From positions 1-17,501 of the forward strand of contig JBHLRS010000055.1 in NCBI GenBank assembly GCA_048882325.1: a stretch of 17,501 bases of DNA. The letters are read 5' to 3'. The DNA comes from Candidatus Thorarchaeota archaeon (lineage in GTDB: Archaea > Asgardarchaeota > Thorarchaeia > Thorarchaeales > Thorarchaeaceae). Below are positions 8,150 to 16,032 of this stretch, one piece after another; the first letter of the stretch is position 1, and every line of letters begins with the position of its first letter. The notes beneath the pieces were generated by a model. It worked only from the letters and a program-made list of their open reading frames with translations. It made no database searches and was not told the origin of the DNA. Both the position numbers and the translations under genes were made by a program.

Positions 8150-9145
8150 ATGCGGGAGAAACTTGACTTGATAGAAGAAGAAATCGTGCCTCAAGATTCA
8201 AGACGAACTCGAATCATTGCTGTGCTACAAGCACTATTTGTAACTGTGCTGTGGTCATCCTCGTTTGTCATCATCGAGGTTGGCCTTCAAGACATACCAC
8301 CTCTTACATTCGCAGGACTGAGATACTCTATTGCCTCAGTGATCTTACTGACTCTGATTATTGTACAATCAGATATGCGTCAATCGGTGAAGGGTCGACC
8401 AAGAAAGTGGTGGGGAATGCTCTTCCTCTACGGATGCATATACATCACAGCTACACAGGGGACTCAATTTTTGGGATTGTTCTATCTTGATCCAATAACG
8501 CTTTCACTTCTCCTTAATCTTACTCCAATCATTGTTCTTTTGTCAGCGATTCCCATGTTAGGCGAAAAGCCATCAATGCTTGAAACAATATTAGTCGCTA
8601 TGGGGATTTTTGGAGTTCTCATATACTTCTACCCACTGGACTTCGTTGAATTTTCCATCATTGGTCTCATCATTGGTGTCATCAGCCTATTTGCCAATTC
8701 AGCATCTTCCATAATTGGAAGGGCCGTAAACCGCTCTCGTGACACTCCAGCTTTGATAGTCACAGGCATCATGATGGCGATAGGCTCAGTATTTCTCATG
8801 ATTTTTGGAATAGCTGTCGAACCTGTCACTCCACTATCATTGCTGTCATGGTTCTACATACTCTGGCTAGCGGTTGTAAATACTGCTCTAGCTTTTACAT
8901 TGTGGAACAGAGCCATGCGTGTGTTGAGAGCACTCGATATGACGCTCATCAATAGCACTATGATGCCGCAGATTGTCATTCTATCTGTCATTTTTCTGGG
9001 TGTAGGCGAGAAATTGGTGCCTCTTGATTGGGTGGGTTTGATTCTTCTAGCCCTTAGCGTTGGAGCGGTTCAATACCTACAAGCAAAGAGAATGAATAAT
9101 TCAAGTAAAAAGATAGCACGTGTCAAAGTTGAACTCGATGACTGA
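8150..9145 (+). CDS. EamA/DMT family transporter
   Basis: About 10 TM helices in two repeats. Motifs LWSSSFVII, IPPLTFAGLRY, LNLTPI...LGEK and VNTALAFTLWNRAM. Confidence 0.93.
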   Translation: MREKLDLIEEEIVPQDSRRTRIIAVLQALFVTVLWSSSFVIIEVGLQDIPPLTFAGLRYSIASVILLTLIIVQSDMRQSVKGRPRKWWGMLFLYGCIYITATQGTQFLGLFYLDPITLSLLLNLTPIIVLLSAIPMLGEKPSMLETILVAMGIFGVLIYFYPLDFVEFSIIGLIIGVISLFANSASSIIGRAVNRSRDTPALIVTGIMMAIGSVFLMIFGIAVEPVTPLSLLSWFYILWLAVVNTALAFTLWNRAMRVLRALDMTLINSTMMPQIVILSVIFLGVGEKLVPLDWVGLILLALSVGAVQYLQAKRMNNSSKKIARVKVELDD

Positions 9146-9232
9146 TTGGTTTCCTATTAACTGCCTTCAGATAGAAAAAGTCTAATGTGGAAAAATATCG
9201 TACAGTTCAACCGCTGTGGAGGAATGTTCTTG

Positions 9233-9760
9233 ATGAGTTACGACGAACTCCGAAAGACGGACTTATTTTCGTTCTTCAATTTCACAGAGAGTGGAAGAAA
9301 ACCAATCATCGGTGGAATGCAAGAGATTCATCTTAAACCCGGTGGATTTCAGGAGTTCATAGATGTCATGATGACGGTGGATCGAGCGCAGCAGGTTCAC
9401 GAGGGAGTCCTCTACCTCGATAGGGACTGGATAGGCGGACCTATGACGGTAAGTCCGTTTGGAAAAGACCTAGCGAAGAGCTTTATTGCAGCAGTAACAC
9501 CACCAACTGACAGAAAGAAAGCGGATAACATCGTGACTACTATCTGGAACATTCAGGGTTTTAGTGATAGCGCAGTCATTACTCAACCTGAGGATACGAA
9601 AAAGCCTGTTCCAGAACCGCCAATTGAAAAACTGGAGCATGTATACTTGGGTCTCGAAGATAGCTTCGAGATGAAATTGGAGAAGTCGTGTATTAAGGTT
9701 GAGAATATCTCTGATGTTGGCAGAAAACGGTTGAAGATAACTATCGAATCTATAATGTGA
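9233..9760 (+). CDS. Hypothetical soluble protein
   Basis: Protein-like ORF filling the gap between two known genes (track start 9185). GGAGGA precedes ATG 9233. No family recognised. Confidence 0.7.
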   Translation: MSYDELRKTDLFSFFNFTESGRKPIIGGMQEIHLKPGGFQEFIDVMMTVDRAQQVHEGVLYLDRDWIGGPMTVSPFGKDLAKSFIAAVTPPTDRKKADNIVTTIWNIQGFSDSAVITQPEDTKKPVPEPPIEKLEHVYLGLEDSFEMKLEKSCIKVENISDVGRKRLKITIESIM

Positions 9761-10048
9761 TCACATAGAGTCCCATGCCATCATTATGGTTTTTGCCATA
9801 TCGTCAGCTGTAGCTCCAATTAAAGTTGCTTTAGCGTCTGCGAGTTTCTGTGTTATCAAGTCCGAGATCGCCTTCTCATCAGCAAGAAGACCTACTAGCT
9901 CTACCTCTATTGCTCGAAGGGTTTCTTCTGGGTGAAGAAAGAAATCGCCAAGAATTACAACGCTTGATATTCTACCCCTTTTAGTATGCAGTTTTACCTT
10001 GACCAACTTCCCACCGGGTATCTTGTAACTGGCTTCACCCATTGACAT
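9761..10048 (-). CDS. lplB: Lipoate-protein ligase small/accessory subunit (stand-alone LplA C-terminal domain)
   Basis: YKIPGGKLVKVKL...ISSVVILGDFFLHPEE is the typical signature. ATG 10048 overlaps the upstream stop (TGATG). Confidence 0.88.
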   Translation of the reverse strand: MSMGEASYKIPGGKLVKVKLHTKRGRISSVVILGDFFLHPEETLRAIEVELVGLLADEKAISDLITQKLADAKATLIGATADDMAKTIMMAWDSM

Positions 10049-10815
10049 CACCTTGAGAAGTTCCATTCATTAGACGAGTATTTTTCTGTGGCCAACCTTA
10101 CTGCAGTCTCCAGTTCATTATCAGTCAAGTTTCCAGGAATCAACTCTATGTTAAGAGCAGAAGAGAATCCATGTTTGAGAGCTTCTTGAAGTTCAACAAT
10201 CTTAACATCCCTTTCAAGTATGTCCCTGATTGATGTGACTCTCTCCTTTACATCTGCAATCATTTTGTCAGAAATCTTCTCCTGTGGTACTTTCAAAATT
10301 GTGAACATTAAATTGACATCTAAATCAAGCAGAGTTGTTCCATGCTGCAAAGTGCACCCATGGCGGCGTGTCATTGCATTCCCAGACACTTTCTTTCCAC
10401 CTACATCCACGTCGTTTATTGGTTTGAACTCGCCATTGATACCAAGATACTCCAGTGCACTTACAATTCCTCCACACAGAAGTCTATACGATTCTAGGAT
10501 GTCAGCAGGAGCAAGTCTGTGTCCTCTAGGGATGATGATACTGTATGTGACCTCTCCCTCATAATCATGGTAGACAGCTCCACCCCCTGTGATTCTCCTG
10601 ATGTAATCGATACCACTTGATTCACAGAATTCTACGTCCACCTCATCTCTCATGCCTTGAAATGTACCTATTGAAACGGCAGATGGATTCCAGCGGTACA
10701 GTCGTAGTGTTGGAGGTAGTTGGTCCTCCTTCATTGCCAGCATTACCGCTTCGTCAATTGCCATGTTCTCAAAAGCAGAATGTGTTTCCAAGTCTATGAA
10801 TCGAAACTCTTCCAA
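10048..10815 (-). CDS. lplA: Lipoate-protein ligase catalytic subunit (LplA N-terminal domain only)
   Basis: NMAIDEA, PTLRLYRW.PSAVSIG, RRITGGGAVYHD, KPINDV...GKKVSGNA and QHGT. At 255 aa it lacks the C-terminal domain. Confidence 0.93.
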   Translation of the reverse strand: MEEFRFIDLETHSAFENMAIDEAVMLAMKEDQLPPTLRLYRWNPSAVSIGTFQGMRDEVDVEFCESSGIDYIRRITGGGAVYHDYEGEVTYSIIIPRGHRLAPADILESYRLLCGGIVSALEYLGINGEFKPINDVDVGGKKVSGNAMTRRHGCTLQHGTTLLDLDVNLMFTILKVPQEKISDKMIADVKERVTSIRDILERDVKIVELQEALKHGFSSALNIELIPGNLTDNELETAVRLATEKYSSNEWNFSR

Positions 10816-11805
10816 TCAGACCACCAGATTCGTTTCCTCTATGGCTTTCAACAACTCCTCATCAGTCATACGTCGTGGATAGTTGTACATTGGTCCTCGA
10901 GGTCGCTCATTGTAGAAAGGACGGTTGCAACCCTTACAACCAGTCACCTGAAAAGCTACTCCTGATGATAAGGCTTCTCGAATCTTGTCACTGTCAACTT
11001 TCAGAGATATACTCCCGTCATCATTCTCGTGAATCTGATTTGCATTGAGCATATTCTGTGACACCAGATGACGGACTACTTGAATTCGCCTATAAGATGA
11101 AAGATCAGGAGGATCTCTTTCTTCCAGCGATGTCCCCTTGATGTTTGTGAAAGCAAAAAGTCCAACGCTGATACCCATCTCATACATTTCGATAATGAAC
11201 TCAGCTGCCTGCTTCTCAGTTTCGCCTAACCCTACAATTAGATGAGTCGTAACGTGACCTTCACCAAAGATGTTCAAGGCATTTCTGAGACCAGTGCGAT
11301 GAGAATTCCACCTATATTTTACTCCTCTCAACTCACCTTTAATTTCCTCAAAGATTTCAGGTGTACCTGCATCAAGTGCAATCCCTAAATTTGAAACGCC
11401 TATGTCCCTCAGTGTTACCATTTCCTCTGGTGAAATGGGATTGATGGCAACTGAGATTGGTAGCTTTGTGACCTTTCGAATCGCATGCACAATGTCAACG
11501 ACATCACTCACTACCTCAGGATAGCAAATTGTTTGGATACAGACCCTTCTGAACTGTCCAGGTGGAGGCCATGCCTCAGTGACCTCACTCAACTTGTATT
11601 GTGGCCAAGAGATACGTGCGAGTCGGTCTGAGGTCGATGTACTTTCTAGTGCTTGAGGGCAAAATGCACAGTTAGCCTCACAACCGCCCTCTCTATAGGT
11701 CATAATGAAAGCTGTTGTGAAGTTTGGATCCTTGTCTCCTGACTCTAATCCAATCTGAATGGCAGTTCCGAGAGATAGTCGAACCCACTCAACCAATGTT
11801 ATCAA
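10816..11805 (-). CDS. lipS2: Radical SAM enzyme, biotin-synthase-related; probable archaeal-type lipoyl synthase subunit (LipS2-like)
   Basis: CEANCAFC (CX3CX2C), HLIVGLGETE and C-terminal VTGCKGCNRPFYNERP, which resembles the TxGCPxC(N/D)RP auxiliary motif of Thermococcus LipS proteins. It abuts lplA. The LipS1 versus LipS2 label is from recalled motifs. Confidence 0.75.
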   Translation of the reverse strand: MITLVEWVRLSLGTAIQIGLESGDKDPNFTTAFIMTYREGGCEANCAFCPQALESTSTSDRLARISWPQYKLSEVTEAWPPPGQFRRVCIQTICYPEVVSDVVDIVHAIRKVTKLPISVAINPISPEEMVTLRDIGVSNLGIALDAGTPEIFEEIKGELRGVKYRWNSHRTGLRNALNIFGEGHVTTHLIVGLGETEKQAAEFIIEMYEMGISVGLFAFTNIKGTSLEERDPPDLSSYRRIQVVRHLVSQNMLNANQIHENDDGSISLKVDSDKIREALSSGVAFQVTGCKGCNRPFYNERPRGPMYNYPRRMTDEELLKAIEETNLVV

Positions 11806-11817
11806 TTCCTCTTCCGT

Positions 11818-12807
11818 TTAGTCTGCTATAACCGTGTTGCTATCACAACGAATGTGTAGTTTGCATAAATCTCCCTCCTGGAAAATCTCAAGAAACTGAC
11901 CATATTCCTCAGGAATGAGAATTAATTGGGGTATTTGCTTTCGGGTATAATGCTTAGTATAGATGAAGCACGACAGACCACGAATCTTTGTCTTGTCGAG
12001 GAATGGCTCAATTGATGGACCTCGTCTGAATAGACTTGCACCTAACTTGGTTTCACTAACAGTTCCTACTGGTGTATCAAAAAGATAGACTTGAGACCCT
12101 ACAGGAAGTTCAGACGCTCCTATCACCCCACCAATACTATAGTGTGAGAGACCTCCATCAAGTATTCCAGTTACACATTCATCAGTACCTAGTGCAGGAA
12201 GACCCACCAAGTTTCCGATATCAGCATGTCCCAGATTCATGCTATATCCAATAATGTGATCCTTAGTCACCGAGCTGATTGAGAATTCTATATCATCTAA
12301 AAGAGGGGCTGGTGACTCTGATTGCCTTTGAAATGAATATACAAGAGAAAGTGGATATGATTTGCTGGATCGTCGGAACAGATTCAATGGCAGAATCTCG
12401 ACATGATAATGTGGACCCGTCCAGTAGTTGAAATATCGAGAGCGAATTGCCTTTCCGATGATGTCTCCGTGCTTGAGTGTTTCACCTTCAGATATAGTTG
12501 GCTCGCAGTGCATGATTCGAACAATCTCGGTTTCTGAAACTTCAGACTGGATCCCAATCCCGTAGTCCCAATCGTGTGTGGGAAACTGTCGGGGACTACC
12601 CATCTTCATTTTACGAATTGCAACAACTCTACCAGAAACAGGAGAAACAATTTCTCCGCCCCATTCTTGATGTCGCGGATAGATGTCGATTGCAGACCCA
12701 TTGTCATGTCCAATATACGGACTATTGAAGTACGAGAAATAAGCATCCTCTGGTGCATGAATGTCGATACCCCTTGCTGAACCAACTACACGCATCAGAT
12801 TCACCAT
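11818..12807 (-). CDS. Peptidase M23-like (LytM fold) protein with uncharacterised C-terminal region
   Basis: GHDNGSAIDIYP, IVSPVSGRVV, RIMHCEPTISEGETLKHGDIIG and WTGPHYHVE mirror the M23 H..D, A..G.V, H...V..G..IG and TGPHLHFE motifs. The start is uncertain (12843, 12807 or 12795). Confidence 0.7.
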   Translation of the reverse strand: MVNLMRVVGSARGIDIHAPEDAYFSYFNSPYIGHDNGSAIDIYPRHQEWGGEIVSPVSGRVVAIRKMKMGSPRQFPTHDWDYGIGIQSEVSETEIVRIMHCEPTISEGETLKHGDIIGKAIRSRYFNYWTGPHYHVEILPLNLFRRSSKSYPLSLVYSFQRQSESPAPLLDDIEFSISSVTKDHIIGYSMNLGHADIGNLVGLPALGTDECVTGILDGGLSHYSIGGVIGASELPVGSQVYLFDTPVGTVSETKLGASLFRRGPSIEPFLDKTKIRGLSCFIYTKHYTRKQIPQLILIPEEYGQFLEIFQEGDLCKLHIRCDSNTVIAD

Positions 12808-12819
12808 GCAAAGATGAAA

Positions 12820-12845
12820 GGAGCATGCTCCACAGAAGAGCATGC
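12820..12845 (-). terminator. Intergenic inverted repeat/hairpin GCATGCTC-N7-GAGCATGC with overlapping 12-bp palindrome GGAGCATGCTCC
   Basis: 8-bp perfect stem at 12823-12830/12838-12845. On the minus strand it is followed by pyrimidine-rich TCCTTTCATCTTT, just downstream of the GGR stop. Confidence 0.4.
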
Positions 12846-12856
12846 AACAAGCTCAC

Positions 12857-14227
12857 TTATGCTTCTTTGGCTGCGGCGTAGATTGGCTCTAGTCTTGCCT
12901 TCCAAGCATTCAGACCTTTCGGGGAAGAGGGATATTCACTGTAAACAACACGAATCTCATTCATTAGGTTTGCAACTTTCGACACACGGCGTAGCAGCGG
13001 TATATTTCCAAATCCAGCCAAGAGCCGCATGAACTTCTCTCCGATGCCAAACCTGACTTCTCCAGTCATCGATGTGTCGAGAAGATCACTAGCTTTGATG
13101 ACCTGTTTCCTGAAAGCAAAGTCAATGTCATCATTTGTAACATTGAGGAGGAACCACCTGAAGACATCAAGAGCTGCTTGTTTTGTCCCGTAACTCTTGT
13201 GATATCGTGGGTTATAATCCCATAAAGCATCAATAGAAGTATCGTTTCTCTCTAGTGCGTCTGAGGCAACAATACCCGCGTGAGCTCCGCCCAAGAGTGA
13301 AGAGCCAATTCCGCCGCCATGGATTGGATTAACCTGACATGCCGCATCCCCGACCAGCATGAAGTTGTCATCCACCATAGTGTCAATTGGTCTTCGAATC
13401 GGAGCGACTCCTCCGCTACTATCGAGGACTTTGAGCTCGCCCCATGTGTCTAGCCAGGTCTTCTTCACGAAGTCATACTGTATGTCCTTTGGATTACGAT
13501 GTCCCTCGATGGTCATCAGGCCATTTCCAACATTGACCCGATTCTTACCCTGGGGAAAGACCCATACATATCCACCAAGGGTTTGCTCCTGATTCCAGAA
13601 GATCTCTAAGATATCGGGAGTTTCAAAATCGAATTCAGATGTTTCATAGATATCCCGCCAAGCGACCATTCTATCCTCGCCTGCCACATGACGTTCTACA
13701 GGTGAACTTTCAGGGAGTTGCATTCGAAGCATTCCTGTAGCACCAGTAGCATCTATCACAATTCGGCTTTTGACGTCCTTCTCTTGACCTCCTTCTTTGG
13801 CAATCTTTACTCCAGAAACCTTGCCATCATCAAACAGCAGTCGCTTCACGCGAGTTGAGGCCATAACCTCTGCACCCTCTTTCTCTGCAAGTCCAACAAA
13901 CCATTGGCCCATCTTGAGTCTATTGAAGGACATACCTGTCGTAGTGGGCCCCTGCATCCTCAGACGATGTTCTCTATCAGGTGCTATGAGATCTATCCCA
14001 TTCACTTCATACTCAACTATTCCCGACGGAAGTTCAGGAATACCAACGAGCTCTCTTAGCTCTAGTATGTGATGGTTGCCTAAAGCATCCCCACAGGTTT
14101 TGTTCCCTATATCGTCTCGTTCCTTTCTGTCTATGAGAAGTACTGAATGACCTCTCTTGGCAAGTGTGTACGCAGTGGTTGCTCCTCCGGTTCCAGCACC
14201 TGCAACAACAACATCATAGTCAACCAT
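12857..14227 (-). CDS. Geranylgeranyl reductase family FAD-dependent oxidoreductase (DGGR-like)
   Basis: YDVVVAGAGTGG, KTCGDAL, IVIDATGA, GGYVWVFP (YxWxFP), VNVGNG and LVGDAACQVNPIHGGGI. Confidence 0.92.
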   Translation of the reverse strand: MVDYDVVVAGAGTGGATTAYTLAKRGHSVLLIDRKERDDIGNKTCGDALGNHHILELRELVGIPELPSGIVEYEVNGIDLIAPDREHRLRMQGPTTTGMSFNRLKMGQWFVGLAEKEGAEVMASTRVKRLLFDDGKVSGVKIAKEGGQEKDVKSRIVIDATGATGMLRMQLPESSPVERHVAGEDRMVAWRDIYETSEFDFETPDILEIFWNQEQTLGGYVWVFPQGKNRVNVGNGLMTIEGHRNPKDIQYDFVKKTWLDTWGELKVLDSSGGVAPIRRPIDTMVDDNFMLVGDAACQVNPIHGGGIGSSLLGGAHAGIVASDALERNDTSIDALWDYNPRYHKSYGTKQAALDVFRWFLLNVTNDDIDFAFRKQVIKASDLLDTSMTGEVRFGIGEKFMRLLAGFGNIPLLRRVSKVANLMNEIRVVYSEYPSSPKGLNAWKARLEPIYAAAKEA

Positions 14228-14230
14228 AAA

Positions 14231-14965
14231 TCATACCTTCTTTGACATTTGCCACGATTGTTCGAGAAACCCCTCGAGCTGCATTGATATTAGAGGATTG
14301 TCAGCCCAGCCACAAACACTTAGATCCGGCATTGAGATCAGAGCCTCCTCAGAATCTATCACAATGTCGATAGCTAACGTATCGTCCTTAATACGCTGTT
14401 GGAAGTTGCTGATCTTACGGTCAGTAATTGTACCCAGTATCGCTCTGATTTTAACTCCTCGAGTAGCTGCGTCCTCCAGTGCTTGCAGAGCTCTCTCTCC
14501 AAAATCATCAATGCTTGGTGCTACCATTAGAATTGTGCTTTTTGTTCTAGAGATCATTGAGAGCATCTTTGACATGACATCACTAGTCCCCCTAATTGTG
14601 TATATCAAAGCCGGGACTGCAGTCGTACTTACTCGTGACTCTTGAAGCTTGGTCAGATCCTCAAAGAGCTGCTTCAGCTTTGATGTCAGTGTTTCTTTTA
14701 GATGAGAGAGCGGTGCGAATTGATACACCTTTGGCCGTCCCTCTTGGACGACAACAAATCCCTTTCCAACCAACGTATCAAGCACAGAGTACAGATTAGC
14801 ATGATGAATCCCTGTTTCATCAGCAAGATCAGAGACCGTCGCACACTCCCTGGTATTTAAAGCTAGAATCACAGATGTTTCATGTGCTCCAAATCCAAGC
14901 TCTCGCAAAGTAGTGCCAGCTCTGATACTGACCTCATCTGCAGTCTTCAAACTCGATAGGTTCAT
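14231..14965 (-). CDS. TrmB family transcriptional regulator
   Basis: LRELGFGAHE..V..AL, ATVSDLADETGI...NLYSVLDTLVGKGFV....GRPKVY, and a C-terminal effector-like domain (RGVKIRAI, IVIDSEEALIS). Confidence 0.92.
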   Translation of the reverse strand: MNLSSLKTADEVSIRAGTTLRELGFGAHETSVILALNTRECATVSDLADETGIHHANLYSVLDTLVGKGFVVVQEGRPKVYQFAPLSHLKETLTSKLKQLFEDLTKLQESRVSTTAVPALIYTIRGTSDVMSKMLSMISRTKSTILMVAPSIDDFGERALQALEDAATRGVKIRAILGTITDRKISNFQQRIKDDTLAIDIVIDSEEALISMPDLSVCGWADNPLISMQLEGFLEQSWQMSKKV

Positions 14966-14992
14966 TTTCGTCAGAAAATTATGTGCAATTAC

Positions 14993-15001
14993 TACTTAAA
15001 A
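14993..15001 (-). promoter_or_regulatory. Putative TATA box (TTTTAAGTA) for a leaderless trmB transcript
   Basis: Lies about 28 nt upstream of ATG 14965 in the 39-bp AT-rich gap, which is typical archaeal leaderless spacing. Confidence 0.45.
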
Positions 15002-15004
15002 TAT

Positions 15005-15928
15005 TTACGAAAATGCAAAACCTGTCAATATCTCCTTCACGATGTCGCGCGCAACAATAGCAGTGATGCCAGCAGTGTCGACTAATGGATTGAGCTCAAC
15101 AACATCAGCATATCGGACTTTGCCAGTAGCAAAGGAAACCATCAGGAGCTCGCAAAGCGTCGTCATTGCTAGACCTCCGGACTCTGGATGACTGACGCCG
15201 GGAGCAACCTCAGGTGTAAGAACATCAATGTCCACCGAGATGTAAAGGTAGTCAACACTTTTCCCAATCTCTTTCACGCGTTTGTGAAAATCGTCCGCTG
15301 ACGGAATAGGGTCCTTGGATCCAGTGACTTCCTGTCTTTGAGCTGGTAGAGCTGAACGGAGGTCATAAGCTGCAATGTCTTCTAAAAGAACTAACTCATC
15401 ATCAACCATTCTTCGTACTCCAGTAGAATGGGACAGCTGATATCCACCCATGTCAGTGTAGAGGTCAGCATGTGCGTCAAGATGAACAAGACCATACCGA
15501 CCAGGTCGTCCTCTCTTGAGACCCTTGATTATTGGGTATGAGATGAAATGGTCACCACCCAAAAACAGGAGGCAGCTCTCCCTTGAAGCAAGCTTTGTAC
15601 ATGCCTCTGAGATATCGATTGCTGCAGCCTCTGGCAGTCTGAGTGAAATCTCGAGGTCTCCAACATCCTCGAGAGTCAGTTTCTTTGTCAACGGTTCATC
15701 TCGCGCTTGACTCCTGCATAGTGAGAGAGGGTAGCTGTGAGAGCGTTCACTGTCTGTTGCTTGCCTAATGGCATCAGGTGCGAAACGAGGACCTGGCATG
15801 TAACTAGAAGTCATGTCATAGGGAACCCCGATCACGCCAACGTCAGGATCTCCAGACTCAGGGTGAGGTATACCAAAAAAAGTTCGGGATAACTTCAGAT
15901 AGCCATTCAGTTCGTCTTTGAGAGGCAT
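15005..15928 (-). CDS. speB: Agmatinase-like ureohydrolase (arginase family)
   Basis: GVPYD.TSSY.PGPRFAPDAIR, LGGDH, HLDAHAD, SHST, YISVDIDVL, GVSHPESGG and DVVELNP. The Mn-binding residues are present; the exact substrate is not provable from sequence. Confidence 0.88.
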   Translation of the reverse strand: MPLKDELNGYLKLSRTFFGIPHPESGDPDVGVIGVPYDMTSSYMPGPRFAPDAIRQATDSERSHSYPLSLCRSQARDEPLTKKLTLEDVGDLEISLRLPEAAAIDISEACTKLASRESCLLFLGGDHFISYPIIKGLKRGRPGRYGLVHLDAHADLYTDMGGYQLSHSTGVRRMVDDELVLLEDIAAYDLRSALPAQRQEVTGSKDPIPSADDFHKRVKEIGKSVDYLYISVDIDVLTPEVAPGVSHPESGGLAMTTLCELLMVSFATGKVRYADVVELNPLVDTAGITAIVARDIVKEILTGFAFS

Positions 15929-15974
15929 ATGCTCATTGGGTTGACATCACAAAATAAAGATGCTGCAAGATAGC

Positions 15975-16022
15975 AAAAAAGAAAGAGAGGAGTTGATCCC
16001 CGAGAAGAACTCTCAGGGATCA
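15975..16022 (-). terminator. Stem-loop plus U-rich tract downstream of the surface protein gene
   Basis: Minus strand TGATCCCTGAGA-GTTCT-TCTCGGGGATCA forms a 12-bp stem with one G.U pair, then ACTCCTCTCTTTCTTTTTT. Confidence 0.7.
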
Positions 16023-16032
16023 CCAAATTAAA

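Noticed and set aside
10816-11805. Biotin synthase BioB or classical LipA call
   Set aside because: It lacks the LipA CX4CX5C motif and recognisable BioB signatures, has the GCxxCNRP tail, and sits next to lplAB.
12808-12843. Cys/His-rich N-terminus MLFCGACSFHLC as a metal-binding motif
   Set aside because: It coincides with the inverted-repeat element and is probably untranslated. Later ATGs fit better, though this is not proven.
15994-16022. SECIS element or small RNA
   Set aside because: It is a simple fully paired stem with no GA quartet or apical AA pattern, and no in-frame TGA is visible in the upstream CDS; a terminator/stability hairpin is the simpler reading.
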